DNA of 32,000 nt from Acaryochloris marina MBIC11017 (GTDB taxonomy: Bacteria; Cyanobacteriota; Cyanobacteriia; Thermosynechococcales; Thermosynechococcaceae), in the NCBI RefSeq assembly GCF_000018105.1, contig NC_009925.1, positions 1,110,001 through 1,142,000 of the forward strand. The letters run 5' to 3'. Position 1 is the stretch's first letter. Each line of letters starts with the position of its first letter. Made by a program: the position numbers and the translations under genes. The notes beneath the pieces were generated by a model, which worked only from the letters and a program-made list of their open reading frames with translations, was not told where the DNA came from and did no database searches. Below, in pieces: positions 7,104 to 14,896 of this stretch.

Positions 7104-8729
7104 CTATGAATATAGTCCCTTTAAAAAATCGTAACTTCTCAAATAATATTGATCAATTTCTTCTTGGCACTGTTTTATTCTCTGGGTATTACCTTGTTCA
7201 TAGTATGCATACTCAAGAATTAACTGATAACCTTTGATGGTTAAGTCAATATCACAACTAACGGCACTCTCTATATAATCAATTCCGCTTTCATCCTGTC
7301 TCTCAAGCAATAGCCTACCTAGCAGTAAATTAGCTGGTGCAAAGTATGACTTTTCTACCAGTAACTCTCTGAGCAGCAAGATCCCAGCTTCAGGCCCTTT
7401 AATTTCCGCCGTCCATTTACAACGATTCCATTTCTCATCAAATGATAATGAGCGAAGATTCGCTTGATCCTCCAAATTCGCTAATTTCTCGCTTATATCT
7501 TGATGAAACTGATAGCGACCTTGCCAGACTCCGCTCTTATCATCCTTCCATTGCTCATTTCTTTGCTGAATTATTTCTGTTAGTACATTAGGGCTCAACA
7601 AGTCTTCCGCTGCAGACCGAGAAATTGCTAAGGATTGAGATAGTTGAGCGCTTTCCTGTAGATAGCCCAATGCTGATAGCCGCTCAGTTAAACAGGGGTG
7701 TGTATCCTCTATACCTGTCGTGGTTGACAAAGCTGCATTTAACCATCTTTGCTGAGGCTCCTTGGGAATTTCAGCTTTCAATGCATCACTCATTAATGAG
7801 ATAGCTTCTGGTGGATTAGGGGTGCAATTTACTTGCTGATTAATGTCCCTCCAGAACATCCGATTGAGGTATCTAGTCTTAACCTCAAGACTGATTAGCC
7901 CCTCAGCTAACTTTTCACCCCCTATAAACTGTGCGGCACAACGGTCTGCTTCATACTCATATTGCCGGGAAAGTACAAATGAATATGCAGAAAATCTAGG
8001 AACAAACCACTCAAAGAACCAACCAAAAACAATAAACCCTAGTCCGTTCGCAGTTAACATCAATATATCCATGAACCATATGCCTGTCCCCGAGTGCGAA
8101 TGATTCCGATGCTGATATAGTCGTTCTAAAACTTGGTGCCATGTCTGCTCAATGCGATATATCCAACTAACAAAATGACTGTGTTTACCGGATAAATGAC
8201 CCAATTCATGGGCCAAAATAGCTTTGAATTGCTCCAAATCAAGGGCTTGCATCAAAGGTAAACCAACCAATAAGTAATTCTGAAAACAGCCAAAAATGCC
8301 TAGAACGGGTCTTTGAGAAACTGCGGCATTCAAGTCATCCGTCAGAATAATTTTGTTGAATTTAGGCGTCGCTAAATCCACTGCAAGTTCATCAACAAGC
8401 CCATATAGTTGAGGCATCTGTTTGCGTTTTATTACCTTGCCTTTCGGTTTAGGAATTCTGACCCAGAGAGCCGTCAAAAGGAGACCTAGTAATATCAAGG
8501 CAATAACAAGCACACATCCAAGCCAAATGGCCTGGATTCGAAGCCTACTTTCAGGCATGGTCACAACATATAGAACGATACCCAAAAGGAATGACAGCAC
8601 AAACAGAATAAAGCCATATCCCAGTAATGCCAGCAGAAACACACGTCTTTTAAAACGCTTTGGATGTTGACTTGCGTAATTTTCTAGCTGTTTGACTAAG
8701 GTCTCATATCTCTGCGGCGTTAGTGCCAT
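7104..8729 (-). CDS. M48-family zinc metallopeptidase with N-terminal TM helices and a helical-repeat C-terminal region
   Basis: 541 aa. Two long N-terminal hydrophobic helices. HExxH in ILAHELGHLSGKH. The downstream third-ligand region YEYEADRCAA is typical of M48 (HtpX/BlaR1-like). The C-terminal ~150 aa is TPR-like. Confidence 0.85.
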   Translation of the reverse strand: MALTPQRYETLVKQLENYASQHPKRFKRRVFLLALLGYGFILFVLSFLLGIVLYVVTMPESRLRIQAIWLGCVLVIALILLGLLLTALWVRIPKPKGKVIKRKQMPQLYGLVDELAVDLATPKFNKIILTDDLNAAVSQRPVLGIFGCFQNYLLVGLPLMQALDLEQFKAILAHELGHLSGKHSHFVSWIYRIEQTWHQVLERLYQHRNHSHSGTGIWFMDILMLTANGLGFIVFGWFFEWFVPRFSAYSFVLSRQYEYEADRCAAQFIGGEKLAEGLISLEVKTRYLNRMFWRDINQQVNCTPNPPEAISLMSDALKAEIPKEPQQRWLNAALSTTTGIEDTHPCLTERLSALGYLQESAQLSQSLAISRSAAEDLLSPNVLTEIIQQRNEQWKDDKSGVWQGRYQFHQDISEKLANLEDQANLRSLSFDEKWNRCKWTAEIKGPEAGILLLRELLVEKSYFAPANLLLGRLLLERQDESGIDYIESAVSCDIDLTIKGYQLILEYAYYEQGNTQRIKQCQEEIDQYYLRSYDFLKGLYS

Positions 8730-8879
8730 GTCAACCTCTAGAACATTAGGGAGTATTTTGACATTTCTAAACCTTAAAACCTCCTTGAGGTCTTCTCAGT
8801 TTCTTCCCAATATATCGGCTGACCAGCTTCCCTTTAGAGTTGCGTTCATAGGAATACCAGTAAGGACCTTCTGTCTTAT

Positions 8880-9668
8880 TAGACCTCTTGCAATATTCAT
8901 TTCATGATGTGTTGTGGGTAGCTTCTACGCCTTAAGCTGCCATGGATAGCTCGTAATTATAGATGGCTGCAATCAAGTTACACCGCAGAGAATAGCGACG
9001 ACGACGGTTGCAATAGCGCTCAGACAGAATTCTGAACATTTTCAGACTACGATTGATGTGCTCAATGCCAATCCGCTCTTGGCTTAGAGCATGGTTATAC
9101 TCTCGCTCTAGGGAAGTCAGTTCGCCCTGTTGTGGCTTCTTGAGCGGAACATAGCTATTCCCCTGATATCCGCTATCTAGCAGGCTCTCGGTATCTGGAT
9201 GAATATGGACGCCTGAGACCTTAAATACCTGAAAATCATGCCGACGGCCTTTGCCAAAGCTCAGACAGATGATCTCTAAAGTGTTGCGGTCAGCAATAAT
9301 CTGGCATTTGAGGGTATGTCTCTTTTTTTTCCTGCATAATACGCTTTTTGTCCTTTTTGGGGACGTTCAATCGGTGTCTCAGTCACATCCATCACGACAA
9401 CATCAGGCCGCTCAAATCCTTGTATTAGATGTTTCTTGCCGGGTAGGCGGAAGAGTCCTGAGTTCATGAGCGGTCTCGACCTGCTGGACTATACGGCAAA
9501 CCGTTGATTCAGAAACACCCCAATCTCCAGCAATGTGGAAATAGGTCCGATATTCTCGCCAATCTTGAAGGGCCACTAATAGTTGATCGGGGCGGCACAA
9601 CTTCGGAGGTCGCCCTGCATTAGAGTGACTCAATACCATATCGCACACTTAATTATGCAAGAGGTCTA
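8880..9668 (-). mobile_element. small DDE insertion sequence (IS5-family-like, 789 bp), transposase disrupted
   Basis: Terminal inverted repeats TAGACCTCTTGCA(A/T)(T/A)ATT at 8880 and, reverse-complemented, at 9668. Flanking AT/AT at 8878-8879 and 9669-9670. The interior encodes an HTH + DDE transposase. A cognate MITE lies at 24166-24279. Confidence 0.85.
8932..9648 (-). pseudogene. IS transposase split over three reading frames
   Basis: Segment 1 (9648-9412): ..NAGRPPKLCRPDQLLVALQDWREYRTYFHIAGDWGVSESTVCRIVQQVETA. Segment 2 (from about 9467): MNSGLFRLPGKKHLIQGFERPDVVVMDVTETPIERPQKGQKAYYAGKK. Segment 3 (to the stop at 8934-8932): KRHTLKCQIIADRNTLEIICLSFGKGRRHDFQVFK...LLDSGYQG...IGIEHINRSLKMFRILSERY... 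The D, D and E positions are recognisable. The junctions are a +1 shift near 9465-9471 and an A8 run (T8 on plus, 9323-9330). Confidence 0.8.
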
Positions 9669-10153
9669 ATAGTCTATTTTTTTATCTGCCTAAAGTGATA
9701 AAAGAGGGATAAATAGCCTCTGAGTATCCCTGATCACCATACCCAAGATCTCAAAATGTCTTGATGTTACTCAACTTTGGATTAGATCTGTAACCCTGAA
9801 ATGAACAGTGCCGATTATAGAAATCTTGAGCAAAATCTAATCCTACCCACAACAGCATGAAATAACTTGTTTATCATATTCCTTAATCTGGATAGTCTAG
9901 CTGTTTTATCTAGGAGTTATAACTATGGCTAGTTTAATCACAAAATGTTTGGCATTACCTTCAAATTGAGAATCAAAACAGCATTCGAAGAAGATTCGTA
10001 GTTGCCACCAAAACAAGATCCCGGCATAAGACGCAGGCTGCTATTCACTACTATCAAAGCCTTACTCCTCTTTTTTGTTTAATTTTCTACACAAAATGTG
10101 AGTATTTTTCTAATATAGCCATCTTTTACCGATCTATGGGCATAATCTAATCA

Positions 10154-10264
10154 AGCCATAATTCATCCTATGGCTTCAGGTTCGATTTTGGAATTAGACC
10201 GAACCTGATTTCGTTAATAAGGGAACTATCCCCTGTCTCTGAGTGCGGCAGGGGATATTTTTAT
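10154..10264 (+). ncRNA. candidate structured small RNA (three consecutive hairpins, the last an intrinsic terminator)
   Basis: H1 AGCCATA-attcatcc-TATGGCT (10154-10175). H2 TCAGGTTCG-15 nt-CGAACCTGA (10176-10208). H3 TATCCCCTGTC-loop-GGCAGGGGATA (10227-10257), followed by TTTTTAT. No ORF longer than 12 codons overlaps it. Confidence 0.3.
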
Positions 10265-10413
10265 ATCAAAAACCTTGTAAATCTCCTACCGCCAAAGATC
10301 CTAGCAATATGGCCTTATAAGCTAAAGTTACATATCTAAAGAAAAAGTTTTCTTTTTCCTAGGAGTGGGAATACTGAGATTAGCTTATCTAAATTGGTTA
10401 GAACGTTGATTGT

Positions 10414-10452
10414 CACTCGCGCACTTCGGTTGGTTTGCGCGAGTGTTTTTGT
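10414..10452 (+). terminator. intrinsic terminator in ORF-free DNA
   Basis: 10-bp GC-rich stem CACTCGCGCA / TGCGCGAGTG, 12-nt loop, then TTTTTGT. Confidence 0.5.
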
Positions 10453-10958
10453 ATCAAAAATAGGGTAAAGACAGACTCAATCAATAGCCCATGTCATCGC
10501 ACCATGAATAATCACTGAAGCTCTGCATAAAAACAGCAAATTGAGCAGAAGGTTAATGCATCGAAAAGGTTTCGCCCATTCATTCCAGAATAATTGAACG
10601 TTAATCGGTGTATCGTAGCGATGATCAAGATATCCTGCGAGTCGCACAGTACAACAGCCTCGACAGTTCCTATAAGCGACAACAATTTAGGCATCTTCAG
10701 TGTCTTGGCTGCTAGAACGATTTGTAAGGGCGTTAAGATACCTTGGCTAGCTGTTGATTAATAGGGCGCACACAATCACTCTACAGCCTTAACACAAAAG
10801 AATCCTACAAAAATTTTCTTTCATGAGATATCAAGCGATAATGCTCCCTCTGAACTAAAATATTTGTGATATCCCCTCAATTCACCATTGAATATAGGTG
10901 CCAACCTATCGTAGCCTCAGCTATCTCTGCAATTGTGCTCTAGTTCAGGCAGGTTCAC

Positions 10959-10991
10959 ACTCGAAGCGAACATGGTGAACTTCGAGTTTTT
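10959..10991 (+). terminator. intrinsic terminator candidate in ORF-free DNA
   Basis: ACTCGAAG-13 nt-CTTCGAGT followed by a T-run through 10991. An upstream GTTCAC (10953-10958) can pair with GTGAAC (10975-10980) in the loop, giving a mutually exclusive alternative. Confidence 0.4.
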
Positions 10992-11550
10992 CCTACAGCT
11001 ATTTGGAGCATGTTTTAGCCAATGATGATGAGAAGCTCCAACTACATGGCCCACATTTTTACCCGTATTGTTAGGGGGAATGAGATACTCAAAGACTTTG
11101 AAATACCTCCTGCTGGATCAAAAACATAAATGATTCGAGTGGACTAGAGAAATAGGATACTCCAATCGAGGTAAGGCCACAGGAGACAGATAGAAAGTGA
11201 TTGGTAGAGCCTAAAGCACTAATCATTCATTATCTATATTAATGATTTCTTAATTATTTTAGAGTTTGAGGTTTCAGAATCCAACTGAAAAAGTATAAAA
11301 CTTACAGTATTTTTACGGTGAAGGTTTTTTATTTCTGGCAACTTTAACTCATGGTTTACCCTTTACCGAATAAGACTTTCACCTTATACACTCCTTGAGA
11401 ATCGGCTTATATTCCTGATTTCCTGAGCTTTCGAAAAATCTATTTATACCTCCGTATCAATTCGGATCTCATTTTGTTGGATGCCCAGTTAAGGTGTAGC
11501 TAATGGTACAAGATACTTGACATTCATCAAGTTGAAAACAATGAGAGAAG

Positions 11551-12486
11551 TTGGCTATGCCATTCTCTCTATACCACTCACTCCCATCCATCACATATCA
11601 TTTGTTGCAAATGTATCTAGTCCGTATTGGTAAAGTCCTGACTCAAAAAGGACTTATTAGTGACTTCCAATTACAACAAGCTCTCCAAATCCAAAAGCAG
11701 ACTGGACAAAAGTTAGGTGAAATACTGATTCAGCAGGGTCATATTTCTCAACTTCAGCTGAAGCAAGTTTTAGTTGAGCAACGGTGTCGAAATTTCCTAG
11801 CTTGCTCTCTATTAACCCTCAGTACCCTTGGCCCCACTTTCTCTATCACACCTCCTCAATCTGCCAGTTCCCAATCTCCTGAGAACCAGAAAGTCTTGCG
11901 TTTAAAGCCTAAATCTAATGTTGGAGGTACTCTAAACTCCACATCCCAAGTATCTCAGCCAGATCCACTTCCTCTCACTATTGCAGCTAGCCATACCCCA
12001 ACCGTCGCCACTCCCCTGAAAGGGTTTTGCCACCCTCTTAATGGAAGAGGATATCTATCTCAAGGAATTCGTGGTAAAACTCATCAAAATCGGATGGAAT
12101 ATGCTTACGATATCGCCAGTTCAATTGGTACCCCTGTTTATGCAATGCGAGCAGGGCGGGTAATCAGACTACAAGATAAATATCCAGACACGGGCGGAAC
12201 CCGAGCGAATGCCTCCAGGTTTAACTATGTTTGGATCGAACATGAACATGGCTATCGCTCGGCATATGCTCACTTACAACAAGGTTTCCGACAACGGGTC
12301 CAACTTAAAGCTGGAGACTGGGTAAAAGCAGGACAACTTATAGGCTACAGCGGCAATTCGGGGTGGTCTTCAGGTCCGCATTTACATGTTGAAGTACAAA
12401 GCCAAGGTAGTCGAGCAAGATTTTCTCAAACTGTTCCATTTCAGATTTCTGGTTCTTGTAGCACATTAGCTCGTAAAGCTAGCTAA
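11551..12486 (+). CDS. MshEN-like (T2SSE_N) domain - TM helix - M23 (LytM-type) metallopeptidase fusion
   Basis: N-terminus: RIGKVLTQKGLISDFQLQQALQIQ-KQTGQ-KLGEILIQQGHISQLQLKQVLVEQ, two 24-residue RLGxxLLxxGLLxxxxLxxxLxxQ motifs with a 5-residue spacer. Then hydrophobic FLACSLLTLSTLGPTFSI, an S/P/T-rich linker, and M23 motifs ..YAYDIASSIGTPVYAMRAGRV.., ..SAYAHL.., GNSGWSSGPHLHVEV. The TTG at 11551 is the track start. ATG 11557 and ATG 11611 are alternatives. Confidence 0.8.
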   Translation: MAMPFSLYHSLPSITYHLLQMYLVRIGKVLTQKGLISDFQLQQALQIQKQTGQKLGEILIQQGHISQLQLKQVLVEQRCRNFLACSLLTLSTLGPTFSITPPQSASSQSPENQKVLRLKPKSNVGGTLNSTSQVSQPDPLPLTIAASHTPTVATPLKGFCHPLNGRGYLSQGIRGKTHQNRMEYAYDIASSIGTPVYAMRAGRVIRLQDKYPDTGGTRANASRFNYVWIEHEHGYRSAYAHLQQGFRQRVQLKAGDWVKAGQLIGYSGNSGWSSGPHLHVEVQSQGSRARFSQTVPFQISGSCSTLARKAS

Positions 12487-12736
12487 TTTATCTATCTCAA
12501 CTAAGATATTGGAATTGAGGCTCATGTATTTTAAATCTCCAATTTGAAAGAAGTTAGGTATTTTCAATCTTGGTAGAATTTAATAACAGCAAATTGGTAG
12601 ATTGAAGCAACCTTTCAACACCCTCATTGTTACTTTTTTGGGTTTTCTTTGTTACTTTTGTGCAATTTCTTTGCTATATCTGTTCACTTTTTAAAAACTT
12701 GAGATAGAATGCTCGCAAGGTTTTGAGGATAACTCA

Positions 12737-13012
12737 ATGAATAAAGGCGAATTAGTTGACGCTATTGCTGATAAAACAGGAGTAACGAAGAAGCAAGCTG
12801 ACGTTACGCTCAGTGCTGCAGTTGATGTCATCATCGATGCCGTTAGCCATGGCGATAAAGTTACTTTAGTCGGATTTGGTAGTTTCGAACCGCGCGATCG
12901 TAAAGCAAGAAATGGTCGTAATCCGCAAACCGGCAAGAAGCTAAAAATCCCTGCCACCAGAGTTCCTGCCTTTAGTGCTGGAAAATTGTTTAAAGATAAA
13001 GTTGCTCCATAA
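12737..13012 (+). CDS. hup: HU-family DNA-binding protein
   Basis: MNKGELVDAIADKTGVTKKQADVTLSAAVDVIIDAVSHGDKVTLVGFGSFEPRDRKARNGRNPQTGKKLKIPATRVPAFSAGKLFKDKV is the canonical HU sequence. GAGG lies 9 nt upstream. The antisense ORF 12691-12957 is a shadow. Confidence 0.95.
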   Translation: MNKGELVDAIADKTGVTKKQADVTLSAAVDVIIDAVSHGDKVTLVGFGSFEPRDRKARNGRNPQTGKKLKIPATRVPAFSAGKLFKDKVAP

Positions 13013-13744
13013 GTTTAATCAAATCTCGTAGTTAAATAACTGACTGATAGCAGTTCCAAAGTATAGTTTGGATTCAAATCTTAAAACTAATCTGCTCAAG
13101 TTTTCTGTTGAGCAAATATTCGATCGGCATTGAAATTTTAGGTGCTCTCGATCACTCCTTTTACTCTCATTTTTTATGCCATCATTCAAAGCTCGGCTGA
13201 AATTTCAGCATTTTTTTGGTGGCTACAATTTAATTATCCTGTCTAGAGCTTGAATTCTGAAATCAAGAGTTCTAGCCTTAAGCTTTGGTTCACCTTAATA
13301 CTTCATCTGGTGTACTATGCCCCACTACCTTTAAAGCCTAAGCACAAGGAAGCTTTCCCTATTCCTCCCTGTTCAAAGCTTCAATATACTTTCTGTACAA
13401 GGGCATCAAGCGAATCCCTGGATGACAGTAGAGTTTTTGTCCTGTATTGAGTTCCAGGACAGTTTAACCTCTTTAATTAAACGTCAGGTAATCAATGCAT
13501 CCCTATGGAGAGTTGTGTTAGCGAGAAAGGACTAGGCAGTATCCGTTTGCCTAATTTCAAGAAGGTACATGTAACAACAATGCTTTCATCAAAAAGAAAA
13601 GAGTCACAACTTTCGGCATAATTCAATATACGTCTTTAAATAAGTCAAAAATAGAGCCGGTATGGCCTACATAAGCCTTCTATCCAGCTATCAATAAACT
13701 AACCTGGCTTCGATTATGGCTATGGACTGATAAAAGCTCCCGAA

Positions 13745-14617
13745 TTATATGGCTTCTATGAGTGGCAATAATAGGGTGACAAAATAGTAAACCAAGGGAG
13801 CCGTAAATACGTAACTATCCGCGCGATCTAAAATACCGCCGTGGCCAGGAATGAGTTGCCCAGAGTCTTTGACTCCTGCATCTCGCTTCATCATGGATTC
13901 TGTTAGGTCTCCCAATAAACTGGCAACACCAATCAACAACCCCAAGGCTGCTCCAAGAAACAGCCAAAATGGCCAGATAAAGGTATTTGCACCAATGATA
14001 GCAACGGTCAGGCTACCTAAAACTCCGAATACTGCTCCTTCTACTGTTTTTTTGGGGCTAATATCTGATAATCGGGTTTTACCAAATAGCCGACCAAATG
14101 TATAAGCACCAATATCTGCAGCCCAAATACAACCAAAGGCAAGAAGGGTAATCGTTAATCCGACAGGCAGCAAATTGATGTTCGACCATTGTTCTGGCCA
14201 ATATCCCCATAGGGGTAAATTGCTGGCTTCTGGCGTGCCCAATGCTCTTAATCTAATCCAAAAACTGGGTAGGTATCCCCCATAAAAGAGACCCAAGATT
14301 GAACTAGAAATATCGGAAATAGTGGCCAGTTTCGGTTGAAATAACAGATAAAAACAGATGAAGGTTCCCGCAACGGGTAACACCGCATCAGCCAGCATGC
14401 CGTTAATGGTGGCGGTGATCAACAGCAACTGGCTAACAATCATGGTAGTTTTGCCAGCTGGCCGGTTACCTTTGGCCCGAACCAGGTCAAAATACTCATC
14501 TTGAGCCAGATAGACAAGGATGCAAAAACCAAGGGTAAAGTACCATCCACCCAATAAAATCATGCCCAACGCTAGAACGATGGCAATCAGTCCACTAATG
14601 ATACGAGCCCAAGGCAT
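13745..14617 (-). CDS. cdsA: phosphatidate cytidylyltransferase
   Basis: 290-aa polytopic protein with the CDS signature SMMKRDAGVKDSGQLIPGHGGILDRADS. Confidence 0.9.
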   Translation of the reverse strand: MPWARIISGLIAIVLALGMILLGGWYFTLGFCILVYLAQDEYFDLVRAKGNRPAGKTTMIVSQLLLITATINGMLADAVLPVAGTFICFYLLFQPKLATISDISSSILGLFYGGYLPSFWIRLRALGTPEASNLPLWGYWPEQWSNINLLPVGLTITLLAFGCIWAADIGAYTFGRLFGKTRLSDISPKKTVEGAVFGVLGSLTVAIIGANTFIWPFWLFLGAALGLLIGVASLLGDLTESMMKRDAGVKDSGQLIPGHGGILDRADSYVFTAPLVYYFVTLLLPLIEAI

Positions 14618-14896
14618 ATATGTAGATTATTATTTCCCTCAGGGGTATTATCCTACGCCGATGTCTTTCTCCGCAGCTAGTTAAGCTGAGAGAAGATGCA
14701 TAGAGGATAGCAAAAAGCATTCGATCTGGCGATATCCCAAAAAAAAAGAGTATTCTGAGGAACAGCTCTTTTCCTCATTCTCGTCATTTGAACTGTGGTC
14801 ATCTGATGTTGATCGATGAACCCCATAATAGCTTGTGAGATCTGCGTGTGGGGTGATGTCTGCGGAACAGTTGAATCATTATGCTCCAAGTAAACA

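Noticed and set aside
6990-7104. Possible toxin relic (HigB/RelE-like) in the relatively GC-richer spacer between the M48 and membrane-protein genes
   Set aside because: Minus-strand frames give MMPFKGESPVAIYGD* and ..HLRGLTI*RWVLTCGDRTPVNLALN*. The resemblance to HigB 'killer' C-termini (..W.I.F.....GD....V.L.DYH) is too weak and needs two frame changes. It is not supportable by eye.
8692-9469. Plus-strand track ORFs 8692-8907 and 9251-9469
   Set aside because: The first spans the M48 promoter region and the IS terminus. The second is antisense to the transposase. Neither has protein-like sequence.
10196-10215. GAACCTGAT string reminiscent of the TPP riboswitch core
   Set aside because: The obligatory CTGAGA element and the P2/P3 helices are absent upstream, and there is no downstream thiamine-related gene.
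10512-10694. 60-aa minus-strand ORF (MPKLLSLIGTVEAVVLCDSQDILIIATIHRL...) in the ORF-poor tract
   Set aside because: The stop-to-stop frame extends about 20 codons upstream and could be a fragment of a decayed gene. I could not match it to any family, and it has no SD or terminator. It is not called as a gene.
10951-10990. Glutamine (glnA RNA) riboswitch-like GTTCAC...GCGAAC strings
   Set aside because: The conserved GGACGGAAGU core is missing. The similarity is limited to a hexamer.
13013-13744. 730-nt non-coding gap between hup and cdsA (track ORF 13250-13450; palindrome GCTGAAATTTCAGC plus T7 at 13196-13217)
   Set aside because: The ORF has no coding features. The palindrome gives only a 5-bp stem and lies about 180 nt after hup, so it is a weak terminator call. 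I recognised no known ncRNA (RNase P, SRP or 6S motifs were not seen). It is left unannotated.
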